Source: Porphyromonadaceae bacterium UBA7572
GTDB taxonomy: Bacteria; Bacteroidota; Bacteroidia; Bacteroidales; Muribaculaceae
Length of the DNA stretch: 64,000 nt
Reading direction: 5' to 3'
NCBI GenBank assembly: GCA_002476625.1
Contig: DLLC01000070.1
Coordinates: 39,651-103,650, forward strand
Shown here: positions 1 to 8,960 of the stretch, piece after piece
Layout of the letters: each line of letters starts with the position of its first letter
Position numbering within the stretch: position 1 is the stretch's first letter
Translations under genes and position numbers: made by a program
The notes under the pieces: model-generated
What the model saw: only the letters and a program-made list of their open reading frames with translations
What the model was told of the DNA's origin: nothing
The model's database searches: none

Positions 1-162
1 CGCAAATATGAGTGCACCATTTATGCCGATGCCAAGGACGCAAGTTTCGACAAGAATCCAAAGGCCTATACCATCACAAAGAAAACGGTGAAGCAAGGCG
101 ACAAAGTGAATATGGTGGAGGCTCCCGGTGGAGGCTTCGTGATGTCGGTGATTGCGAAGTAG
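1..162 (+). CDS. Glycoside hydrolase family 97 (SusB-like), 3' end only
   Basis: Frame 1 reads RKYECTIYADAKDASFDKNPKAYTITKKTVKQGDKVNMVEAPGGGFVMSVIAK*, matching the GH97 C-terminal pattern (IYADAKDA...NP.AY...APGGG). Confidence 0.85.
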   Translation, partial: RKYECTIYADAKDASFDKNPKAYTITKKTVKQGDKVNMVEAPGGGFVMSVIAK

Positions 163-195
163 CCTGCGAAAAATGGTATCGTAAACACAAAGTTG

Positions 196-236
196 AGGCG
201 GGTCCAGAGCAGCATCTGGGCTCGCCTTTATTCTTT
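196..236 (+). terminator. Intrinsic terminator after the GH97 gene
   Basis: Hairpin aggcgggtccaga/tctgggctcgcct (with G-U pairs) followed by ttattcttt. Confidence 0.65.
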
Positions 237-261
237 CCAGTAAAAAAGAGGAGGGGGTGGA

Positions 262-385
262 AAAATAATAAAACCCTATAAGGCTGGGAACACCTTATAG
301 GGCTTCATCAACTTTTATACATCTGTGTCAACTTAAAAAATTTGACTTGAATAGATGTGTGGATGAATCCAATTCTCTATTTCGG
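262..385 (-). ncRNA. Candidate small RNA (about 120 nt)
   Basis: Near-consensus -7 element (gataTTTG, minus strand, about 388-395), internal acatct/agatgt hairpin, terminal ccctataagg/ccttataggg hairpin with T-tract, no ORF. Confidence 0.45.
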
Positions 386-642
386 TGCAAATATCGCACA
401 AATTCTGCTAAATAGGAAATAAATTGTGTATTATTTTATATATGTTTTCATGCGTGTAGGCGCAAGTGCTTGCGCCTCAATGCTAATACGGCAAAGCTGT
501 AGAAAATATTGCCACACCGAAGTGCGGCATAAAAGCAAGCTCGCGCAGTGATATACAAGCCTCGTTTTTCTTGATTATGATTTTTTTAATTTTTTTTCGA
601 AATAGCTTGCGTAGCTCAGAGTTTGTTGTTATATTTGCATAT

Positions 643-747
643 GGATTGCTAACTAACTATTATATAACCACAAATTAGTGACCTTAATCTTAATGTGATA
701 CACAAGGGTTATAGGGCTGGATGAGCAATCCAGCCCTATAATTTTTT
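643..747 (+). ncRNA. Candidate small RNA (about 105 nt)
   Basis: TAtaTTTG promoter element at 630-637, no ORF, perfect 14-bp terminator stem ttatagggctggat/atccagccctataa followed by T-tract. Confidence 0.55.
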
Positions 748-885
748 AGCAATTCCAATCATCACCATTCATTTCGGGTAATCAAAGAGAGCCATTCGCT
801 GCCAAGCGAAACGGGGTCGCGCTATGCCCATGCATTTGTGCAAAGCAAGGAACGCCATAGAATAAAATGTAGGGGACTCACATAC

Positions 886-930
886 ACAAAAAAAATGCTA
901 ACAAAGTGACATGCACAATGTTAGCATTTT
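886..930 (-). terminator. Terminator downstream of tRNA-Leu
   Basis: aaaatgctaaca/tgttagcatttt inverted repeat with a T-run on the minus strand. Confidence 0.7.
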
Positions 931-936
931 AGTGGG

Positions 937-1020
937 TACTCGGAGCGGGACTTGAACCCGCACAGCCTAAAGGCCAAGGGATTTTAAGTCCCTCGTGTCT
1001 ACCGATTCCACCATCCGAGC
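937..1020 (-). tRNA. tRNA-Leu (anticodon TAA), CCA not encoded
   Basis: Minus strand reads GCTCGGATGGTGGAATCGGTAGACAC-GAGGGA-CTTAAAA-TCCCT...GGTTCAAGTCCCGC-TCCGAGT-A, with a long variable arm; TAacTTTG promoter at about 1047-1054. Confidence 0.97.
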
Positions 1021-1087
1021 AGCTATTGCGGTAGGCAATGCAGTGCAAAGTTAATGCTTTTTTTTTATAATGACAAATTCTTTCTCA

Positions 1088-1197
1088 CCACGAATTACTA
1101 ATTCCTGCCACGAATATCATTATTTAACCACGGATTTCACGAATTTCTCGAACATATTCTCCTGACATTTTTCGTGGGATTCGCGCAATTCGTGGTT
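1088..1197. repeat. REP-like palindromic element built from 9-nt CACGAATT-type units
   Basis: aaccacggatttcacgaatttctcgaa (1126-1152) is an imperfect inverted repeat of ttcgtgggattcgcgcaattcgtggtt (1171-1197); extra ccacgaat copies at 1088 and 1108. Confidence 0.7.
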
Positions 1198-1217
1198 TGA
1201 GTAATGCAATTTGTGAT

Positions 1218-1730
1218 TTAATAGGAGGTGATAATGTAGCCTCCGTTCACCGACTGGCGGCACTTATAGGTGGTAAGCCCCACCTTTTGCGTGATAGCAG
1301 TGCCCGAAATCGGCCCGCCTGCGCCGTTAATCACGTTGTAGTGCGATCCACACTTGGGGCACACCGCCTCCAGCTTTGCATCCACCGTGAGTGTGCAGTC
1401 GGCGCGTCGCTCCACAGGGCAAGCCGCGTCGTAGGCGAGGGGCTCGTCCACGCCCCTGATTAGCAGCACGCCGCCAAAGCCTGTGTAGGTGTTGGCGTTG
1501 TAGGGGAAATTGGCGGGCAGCCGCTTGTCACGGTTAAAGATGCGGTATTCGCCCACGCCGTTCACGCCATAGGTGTTCCACACCCCATAGGTGCCCAAGT
1601 CGAGGCGCACGGTGTAGGTGGGAATCACATTGTTGTCGATGCGGTTGCAGCCAGCCGCCACGCCCAGAAGCAGCAGAGCCATCAGCGCTGGCACATATAG
1701 TAATTGTCGTGGTCGTTTCATCAAAATCAT
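1218..1730 (-). CDS. Lipoprotein with a Rieske-like Cys motif domain
   Basis: Lipobox LLGVAAGC; YDAACP...CPKCGSHY motifs; ATG overlaps the argH stop (ATGA). Confidence 0.75.
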   Translation of the reverse strand: MILMKRPRQLLYVPALMALLLLGVAAGCNRIDNNVIPTYTVRLDLGTYGVWNTYGVNGVGEYRIFNRDKRLPANFPYNANTYTGFGGVLLIRGVDEPLAYDAACPVERRADCTLTVDAKLEAVCPKCGSHYNVINGAGGPISGTAITQKVGLTTYKCRQSVNGGYIITSY

Positions 1731-3067
1731 CGTCCTAAAAGGTGGTTGAAAGCCTCGTGATAGGTGTGGAAGTCGAAAGCGTCGAGCGTCTTTTGGTAGA
1801 GCGCGGCAATGCGGTCGTTGCACAGGTTTCCAATCGACCCCTCATGGGTGTGGTGCACCTTCTTCACTGGGGTGAACTTGCCGGCCTCAATGTCGAGGCC
1901 CACCTTCTTGTAGGCATCGCGGAAAGGCATTCCGGCAGCGGCAAGGCGGTTCACCTCCTCCACGCTGAACATAAGGTCGTAGCGCGGATCGTCGAGGATA
2001 TGCTCATTCACCTTCACTTGCCCCACCATGGCGTTCACCATGCTGATGATGGCCTTTATCTCGTCGAAGGCCGGAAGGAAATCCTCCTTGGTGAGCTGCA
2101 AGTCGCGGAAGTAGCCCACAGGCAGATTGCTGGTGACCATCGTAATCTGGAACGGCAGAGCCTGCAGGCGGTTGCAGCGTGCGCGCGTAAGCTCGAACAC
2201 ATCGGGATTTTTCTTGTGGGGCATAATCGACGAGCCAGTGGTGTACTCATCAGGGAGCTTGATAAAGGCGAAGTTCTGCGAGTTGAACATACATGCGTCG
2301 AACGCCAGCTTTGAGATGGTGGCGGCAATGTTGGCGATGGCGGCCGCCACTATGCGCTCGGTCTTGCCACGCCCCATCTGGGCATACACCACATTGTAGT
2401 CCACCGACGCAAAGCCGAGCAGCCGGGTGGTGAGCTCGCGGTCGAGCGGAAACGACGAGCCATATCCGGCGGCGGAGCCAAGCGGATTACGGTTGTTCAC
2501 ATCGTAGGCGGCGCGCAGCACCACAAGGTCGTCGGCAAGCGACTCGGCATAGGCGCCAAACCACAGGCCAAACGACGAGGGCATAGCCACCTGCAAATGA
2601 GTGTAGCCCGGCATCAGCACGTCCTTGTAGCGCTCACTCTGGTTCTGGAGCGTGTGGAAAAGCACGGTCAGATGGCGCACCACATCCTCTATCTCGCTGC
2701 GGATGAAGAGGCGCAGGTCCACCAGCACCTGGTCGTTGCGCGAGCGCCCGGAGTGAATCTTCTTCCCCACGTCGCCAAGGCGCCGTGTGAGCATCAGCTC
2801 CACTTGCGAGTGCACATCCTCCACACCATCCTCTATCACAAATTTCCCGGCCTCTATCTCTGCGTAAATCTCACGCAGCGAGGCGGTGAGCGTAGATAGC
2901 TCGTCAGCGGTGAGTAGGCCTATGGTTTGCAGCATAGTGATGTGGGCCAGAGAGCCAAGCACATCGTAGCGGGCCAGATACATGTCCATTTCGCGGTCGC
3001 GTCCCACGGTGTAGGCTTCCACATCGTGGTCCACCTGCACATTCTTTTCCCAAAGTTTTGATGCCAT
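1727..3067 (-). CDS. argH: Argininosuccinate lyase
   Basis: HSGRSRNDQ, MPGYTHLQ and GSSIMPHKKNPD signatures. Confidence 0.97.
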   Translation of the reverse strand: MASKLWEKNVQVDHDVEAYTVGRDREMDMYLARYDVLGSLAHITMLQTIGLLTADELSTLTASLREIYAEIEAGKFVIEDGVEDVHSQVELMLTRRLGDVGKKIHSGRSRNDQVLVDLRLFIRSEIEDVVRHLTVLFHTLQNQSERYKDVLMPGYTHLQVAMPSSFGLWFGAYAESLADDLVVLRAAYDVNNRNPLGSAAGYGSSFPLDRELTTRLLGFASVDYNVVYAQMGRGKTERIVAAAIANIAATISKLAFDACMFNSQNFAFIKLPDEYTTGSSIMPHKKNPDVFELTRARCNRLQALPFQITMVTSNLPVGYFRDLQLTKEDFLPAFDEIKAIISMVNAMVGQVKVNEHILDDPRYDLMFSVEEVNRLAAAGMPFRDAYKKVGLDIEAGKFTPVKKVHHTHEGSIGNLCNDRIAALYQKTLDAFDFHTYHEAFNHLLGR

Positions 3068-3304
3068 ATCTTATCTTCTATAAAAAACCTATATAATAAT
3101 GATGCGCCCCGCACGAGCGCACAGGCGCATTGAGCGACACAAAATTACTAACAATCGTAATGCCTGCAAACACAACGCCGCCATTTTTCACAGATTTTTG
3201 CTACTTTTGTGGAGCATAAGAGCCAATTATTTGCTCCCAAAGTGCACCGACAACGACGAAACAAGAACAACAATGCATAGGTGCTGGATAATAAACGAAT
3301 AAAA

Positions 3305-4066
3305 ATGATGAACAATAATATTATGGAGCCTTTGTTTTCTGTGATAACGGTCACTTGGAATGCCGCAGGCGTGATTGCGCCCACACTGAAGAGCGTGAAG
3401 GAGCAGACCTTCACCAATTTTGAGTATTTGGTGGTGGACGGCGCCTCCGCCGACAGCACACTGTCCATGGTGGAAGCAGCAGCCATACCCGGCACACGAG
3501 TGGTAAGCGAAGCAGATGGCGGACTGTACGACGCCATGAACAAGGCCATTCGCCTCGCCAAGGGCAAATACCTGATATGGATGAACGCCGGCGACGCCTT
3601 TGCCGCCCCCGACTCACTCGCTCGCATGGCAGCCGTGGCCGCCGACAGCCCAGGCGTGATCTACGGCCAGACACAGGTGGTGGACGCGTCGCGAAAGGTG
3701 GTGGGCATGCGTCATCTCACTGCCCCTGCCACGCTCACCGCCAGCAGTTTCAAACAAGGTATGCTGGTGTGCCACCAGGCCTTTGCCGCACGTCGCGACA
3801 TTGCCCCACCCTACAACCTCGCCTACCGCTTCAGCGCTGACTTCGACTGGTGTATACGCGTGCTCCAGAAGTCGGAGCGCAATGCCTATGTGGCTGGTGC
3901 GCCCATCGTGAGTTTCCTCACCGACGGCCTCACCGACAAGCACCACAAGGCCTCACTCAAGGAGCGATACCGCATCATGTGCCACTACTACGGCACCGCC
4001 TCCACCACCATGCGCCACATAGGCTTCGCCATGCGCGCCCTCATGCGCAAGCTGAAAAAGGCGTAA
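3305..4066 (+). CDS. Glycosyltransferase family 2 (WcaE-like)
   Basis: FSVITVTWN, VVDGASAD, DGGLYDAMNK, MNAGD, SADFDW. Confidence 0.9.
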   Translation: MMNNNIMEPLFSVITVTWNAAGVIAPTLKSVKEQTFTNFEYLVVDGASADSTLSMVEAAAIPGTRVVSEADGGLYDAMNKAIRLAKGKYLIWMNAGDAFAAPDSLARMAAVAADSPGVIYGQTQVVDASRKVVGMRHLTAPATLTASSFKQGMLVCHQAFAARRDIAPPYNLAYRFSADFDWCIRVLQKSERNAYVAGAPIVSFLTDGLTDKHHKASLKERYRIMCHYYGTASTTMRHIGFAMRALMRKLKKA

Positions 4067-4210
4067 GCGCCATGGGGCGGATATTTTTGGTGGTTAGCGG
4101 AAATAGATGTAATTTTGCACATTAAACAAAAAAGGGAGGCGGCCACGTCTCCTGCATTTCATATATTTAATTATCACATTTTTTACACTTACGCAGAGAA
4201 GAAATACGAT

Positions 4211-5575
4211 ATGGACTTAAAGTTGAGCTACGATAATCAAGGAGAGTTTTCTAAAAAGCTGTTTATCGAAACCTACGGGTGCCAGATGAATGTGGCCGAC
4301 AGTGAAGTGGTGGCATCTGTCATGAAAATGGCGGGATACGACACCACCGAATCACTTGACGCCGCCGACGCCATCATCATCAACACCTGCTCAATCCGCG
4401 ACAACGCAGAGCAGAAAATATTCTCCCGCCTCAACCAGCTCAACGCCTTGCGCCGAGGCCGCAAGCGCAGGCTCATCGTGGGCATTATCGGCTGTATGGC
4501 TGAGCGTCTGAAGGAGGTGCTCATCAACGACTACAACGTGGACATCGTGGCTGGCCCCGACTCCTATTTAGAGCTGCCCAGCCTCACCGCCAGCGCCGAA
4601 GCCGGACAGAAGGCCATCGAAACCACACTCTCCACTACCGAAACATATCGCGACATCATACCGCAGCGCATCAGCGGCAACAAGGTGAGCGGCTACATCA
4701 GCATTATGCGCGGGTGCAACAACTTCTGCACCTACTGCATCGTGCCCTACACCCGTGGCCGTGAGCGCAGCCGTGAGCCTGAGAGTATCCTCAACGAGCT
4801 GCGCGACCTCCAGAACAAGGGTTTCAAGGAGGTGATTCTGCTCGGGCAGAACGTGAACAGCTACCTCTACAAGCCAGCCGATGGCAGCGCACCTGTGGAC
4901 ATGGCCGCCCTGCTCTCGCTTGTGGCAGAGGCCGCCCCTGAAATGCGTGTGCGCTTCACCACCAGCAATCCCGAGGACCTCACCGACGAGATCATCGCCA
5001 CCATGGCGTCGCACCCCAATATCTGCAACCACATTCACCTGCCTGTGCAGAGTGGCAGCAACAAGATTTTGAAGCTGATGAACCGCAAATACACGCGCGA
5101 GTGGTATCTCGACCGCATAGCCAAAATCCGCGAGGCGATGCCCGACTGCGGCATTTCAAGCGACATGTTCACCGGGTTCCACGACGAGACCGAAGACGAT
5201 TTCCAGCAGACACTCTCGCTGATGCGCGAAGTGGGCTTCGACTCCTCGTTTATGTTTAAATACAGCGAGCGGCCTGGCACTTTCGCCGCCAAGCACCTGC
5301 CCGACAATGTGAGCGAGGAAGTGAAAATCGACCGTCTCAACCGAATGATTGCGCTGCAAAACGAGCTTTCGCTGTGCAGCAACCGCAAAGATGTGGGCAA
5401 AACCTTTGAAGTGCTTGTGGAGGGCTATAGCAAACGCTCACACGCCGACATGTTCGGACGCACGCAGCAAAACAAGGTGATCGTGTTTCCTGCCGCCGAC
5501 ACCAAGGTGGGCGACCGCGTGATGTGCGTGGTGGAGAAAGCCACCAGCGCCACCCTGATTGGGCACTGCGTGTAA
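4211..5575 (+). CDS. miaB: tRNA i6A37 methylthiotransferase MiaB
   Basis: ETYGCQMNVADSE, NTCSIRDNAE, GCNNFCTYC, C-terminal TRAM domain. Confidence 0.95.
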   Translation: MDLKLSYDNQGEFSKKLFIETYGCQMNVADSEVVASVMKMAGYDTTESLDAADAIIINTCSIRDNAEQKIFSRLNQLNALRRGRKRRLIVGIIGCMAERLKEVLINDYNVDIVAGPDSYLELPSLTASAEAGQKAIETTLSTTETYRDIIPQRISGNKVSGYISIMRGCNNFCTYCIVPYTRGRERSREPESILNELRDLQNKGFKEVILLGQNVNSYLYKPADGSAPVDMAALLSLVAEAAPEMRVRFTTSNPEDLTDEIIATMASHPNICNHIHLPVQSGSNKILKLMNRKYTREWYLDRIAKIREAMPDCGISSDMFTGFHDETEDDFQQTLSLMREVGFDSSFMFKYSERPGTFAAKHLPDNVSEEVKIDRLNRMIALQNELSLCSNRKDVGKTFEVLVEGYSKRSHADMFGRTQQNKVIVFPAADTKVGDRVMCVVEKATSATLIGHCV

Positions 5576-5722
5576 AAGCCACACAGAGCCACGCCACTTC
5601 TGCATGATAAAGAATTCATGCTAAGTCTGTGACCATCCTTTCCCCCCTTGACGTTAGCCAAAGCACTGCGGCACACAAGTGTGCATAACCTGAAGATATT
5701 TGATATTTTAGAAAAAAGGGAA

Positions 5723-6907
5723 ATGACTGAAAAGAAAGAACTACTTTGGAATAAGAACTACTGCAAGGTGATGATAGCCAACCTGTCGCTGTTTTTCGCC
5801 TTCTATCTGCTCACACCTCTGCTCCCTCTCTATCTAAGCGAGCATTTCCATGCCACAAAAGACGTGATAGGACTGGTGCTGAGCGGCTACTCTGTCACAG
5901 CCATGGTGTTTCGCCCGTTCAGCGGCTTTATGGTCGACAACTTCCAGCGCAAGGCTGTGCTGATGACCACTTTCTTCCTATTTTTTATCTTCTTCGCCGG
6001 CTACATTCTGGCAGGCTCTCTGCTGCTCTTCGCTATGGTGCGCACGCTGCACGGAGGCCCATTCGGCGCGCTCACAGTGGCCAACAGCACGGTGGCAATT
6101 GACGTGCTGCCTTCGTCGAGGCGTAACGAGGGCATCGGCTACTACGGCTTGAGCAACAACCTTGGAATGGCGGTGGCGCCATCTGTGGGCATCTTCATCT
6201 ACCAGCTCACCGGCAGCTTCGACGTGATATTCATTCTTGCGCTCGCCATTGCCGGACTGGGGCTTGCCGTGGACTCCACTCTCCAGCTCAAGCCCCGCCC
6301 CATCAACAAGAGCGGACGCAAAATGTCGCTCGACAGGTTCTTCCTTGTGAAAGGGTGGGCCTTAGCGGTGAATATGGTGTGCTTCGGCTTCTGCTTCGGT
6401 GTGCTGAGCAACTACCTCGCCATCTACGGCAAAGAGGTGATGCACATCACCGCCGGCACAGGCGTGTGGTTTATGGTGCTGGCTTTGGGACTGATATGCT
6501 CACGCCTGCAAGGGGCTAAAGCCTTGCGCGAGGGCAAGCTCACCCAAAATGCCGCTGAAGGTATGCTACTCTCGCTCGTGGGCTACACGCTGTTTGTGAC
6601 ACTACCAAACGGCATTGGCTACTACGGATCAGCCATTCTCATCGGTCTGGGAAACGGTCACCTCTGGCCCGCCTACCAAAACATGACCATCAACCTCGGC
6701 ACCCACGACCAGCGTGGAACAGCCAACTCCACCATCCTCATCTCTTGGGATATCGGCATGGGCATAGGCTGCCTTGCCGGGGGGGTGATTGCCGACATGA
6801 TGGGCTACACTGCCGCCTTCTGGATTACAGTGGCAGTGAATGTGGTGGGTGTGGCAGGCTATTTCGGCTACGCCATGCACCACTTTATGCGCAATAGGCT
6901 CCGCTAA
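5723..6907 (+). CDS. MFS transporter
   Basis: About 12 hydrophobic segments; RPFSGFMVDNFQRK motif A-like loop. Confidence 0.9.
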   Translation: MTEKKELLWNKNYCKVMIANLSLFFAFYLLTPLLPLYLSEHFHATKDVIGLVLSGYSVTAMVFRPFSGFMVDNFQRKAVLMTTFFLFFIFFAGYILAGSLLLFAMVRTLHGGPFGALTVANSTVAIDVLPSSRRNEGIGYYGLSNNLGMAVAPSVGIFIYQLTGSFDVIFILALAIAGLGLAVDSTLQLKPRPINKSGRKMSLDRFFLVKGWALAVNMVCFGFCFGVLSNYLAIYGKEVMHITAGTGVWFMVLALGLICSRLQGAKALREGKLTQNAAEGMLLSLVGYTLFVTLPNGIGYYGSAILIGLGNGHLWPAYQNMTINLGTHDQRGTANSTILISWDIGMGIGCLAGGVIADMMGYTAAFWITVAVNVVGVAGYFGYAMHHFMRNRLR

Positions 6908-6943
6908 TCCGAAGCCCACTCACCTCCCTCTCCATGTGTGCCC

Positions 6944-8284
6944 CTAACATCTGCGAGCGCGCCACGGGAAAAGATACTGGCACGTCTGCATGGCTGAGCG
7001 TGTGGCAAGAAACGCTATGTAGGCAGTCCACAGGGCATGGTTACCCATCGCAGTGGGCAAAGCGGCATAGGTGATAAAAAACACCGCAAGAGCCACCCCC
7101 ACCGCTGTCATCATCTCGCGGGTGCGCGTAAGTCCAACGAACACTCCGTCCCACACATACGCCGCCATTCCCGCCACAGGCACTGCCACGCACCACCACC
7201 GATAGCACAGCGCGGCATCCACCACCACGCGGTCGGAGGTGAGCAACGAGAATATCCTGCCGGGCCACACTGCATAAAGTATGGAGCAAATGGCAGTGAA
7301 CACGAATGCCCATCCAAACAAATGCCACACACAGCTGCGCTCGGCCGCCACATCACCACGTCCGCAGTATTTCCCCGCCACAGCCTCGCCAGCGAAAGCG
7401 ATGCCGTCCATAAAATAGGAGAACAGTATCGACATTTGCAGCAGAAGGGTGTTCACAGCAAGAGTCAAATCGCCACTGCGCGCTCCCGCTGCGGTGAAAA
7501 ACAAGGTTTGAAGCATGATGAGCGTGCTGCGAATAATGATGTGGGAGTTTACCCTGAAGAAACGTCTCGCACCACGAAACTGGAAAGCGCGCCGAAAGTC
7601 CACGTCGGCCACGTGCGACGCATATTTGTGCCTCAGCAGCCCCATGGCAAGCGCCAATCCTGCCCACTCCGCCACCACAGTGCCCACTATAATCCCTTTG
7701 AAGCCCATACCTAAAGCATACACGGCAAGCACCGACACGAATATGTTGAGCACATTCTCGGCTATGGAAATCACCATCGGGCTGCGAGAGTCCTGCATGC
7801 CGAGCAGCCAGCCCTTAATGCCCATCATCATCAGTGTGGGAGGCGCGCCCCACACTCCTATATAGAAATAAGTCAGCGCCAAATCTCTAACTTCGTCGCT
7901 GGGACCGATAATGAGTAGCGTGACCCATTGCAGTGGCCACTGAAGCAGTATAATCATGATGGAGATGAGCAGGCCAAGGGCAGTGGCGTGCTGAAGCACA
8001 GCCACTGTGCCAGCCTTGTCGGCTCTGCCAAACGCCTGTGCAGTAAGCCCCGACGCTCCCATGCGCAAGAATCCGAAGTTCCAGTAAATGAGGTTGAACA
8101 TCATGGCACCAACAGCCACGGCACTGATATAGGTGGCTCCGCTGCCCGAACTGAGATGCCCTGCTATGGCGGTGTCGAGTAGTCCGAGCAAAGGCACCGT
8201 CACATTCGTGACAATGGCAGGCAAGGCTATGCGGAAGATTTCACGATTCATATTCTTCATTTTCATTCTTTCTCCAAAATCCAT
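6944..8284 (-). CDS. MATE family efflux transporter (DinF-like)
   Basis: IALPAIVTNVTVPLLGLLDTAIAGH and FGFLRMGASGLTAQAFG motifs. Confidence 0.92.
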   Translation of the reverse strand: MDFGERMKMKNMNREIFRIALPAIVTNVTVPLLGLLDTAIAGHLSSGSGATYISAVAVGAMMFNLIYWNFGFLRMGASGLTAQAFGRADKAGTVAVLQHATALGLLISIMIILLQWPLQWVTLLIIGPSDEVRDLALTYFYIGVWGAPPTLMMMGIKGWLLGMQDSRSPMVISIAENVLNIFVSVLAVYALGMGFKGIIVGTVVAEWAGLALAMGLLRHKYASHVADVDFRRAFQFRGARRFFRVNSHIIIRSTLIMLQTLFFTAAGARSGDLTLAVNTLLLQMSILFSYFMDGIAFAGEAVAGKYCGRGDVAAERSCVWHLFGWAFVFTAICSILYAVWPGRIFSLLTSDRVVVDAALCYRWWCVAVPVAGMAAYVWDGVFVGLTRTREMMTAVGVALAVFFITYAALPTAMGNHALWTAYIAFLATRSAMQTCQYLFPWRARRC

Positions 8285-8650
8285 CCAAATTTGGGCAAAT
8301 CCAAAATTAGCGGTGATGCAAAATTAGTGCTTTTTTTCGCTACACTGTCCATAATTCTTTCGCTCCATATGAAAACACCAACGGATATGCCCGCTGGATA
8401 TTTATCCATTTTTGTCCATTTTATGAATATCTACTTATGAAAGCAGTAACAGTATAATAATTCGCTAAACCACAAGCTATTTTACAAGATTCACACCTTA
8501 ATATGCCTACGATATGGCACAATTTTGCCACCAATCACTTCATACCGAAACAGTGCACAACAATTCTTAACAAATGCGAAAATCTATAAAGCCTACTAAA
8601 AAAATCAATTAATATCCAAAAATGGATTTTTTTGGATAGAACAAGCATTG

Positions 8651-8658
8651 TAATTTTG
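8651..8658 (+). promoter_or_regulatory. Bacteroidetes sigma-A -7 element about 300 nt upstream of the 999-aa gene
   Basis: TAatTTTG with TTTG at 8631-8634 upstream. Confidence 0.55.
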
Positions 8659-8960
8659 CGAGCAAATAAAAGTTTGTTTTAGGTTATTTTTTTACTCAAT
8701 TACCATCAATTTGTTGAGAGAAAGTTGAAGCTGAATTATTTAAGTCCAAAAGCGGGCATAAAATGAGGAGGTTTTTCACACTGGCACTACACAACGGCCA
8801 CCACCCAACCACAGTAAGTGGCGAGCGTGCTGACATGCCAGCCTCTTTAAGAATTAAGAAATAGGTGAATAAGACTTTGACGGAAAAACAAACACAATTT
8901 TACACAACTATTATTTTTTAAAGCTATTTTTAATTAAGAGATTTTTTAGCAATTAGTTTT

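Noticed and set aside
12..281. 89-aa ORF from the ORF track
   Set aside because: Out of frame with the real GH97 3' end and runs through its terminator
163..1020. tRNA-Leu as an integration site
   Set aside because: No integrase and no duplicated tRNA 3' end in the window
8515..8530. tggcacaattttgc as a sigma-54 promoter
   Set aside because: GG-to-GC spacing is 9 nt rather than the required 10
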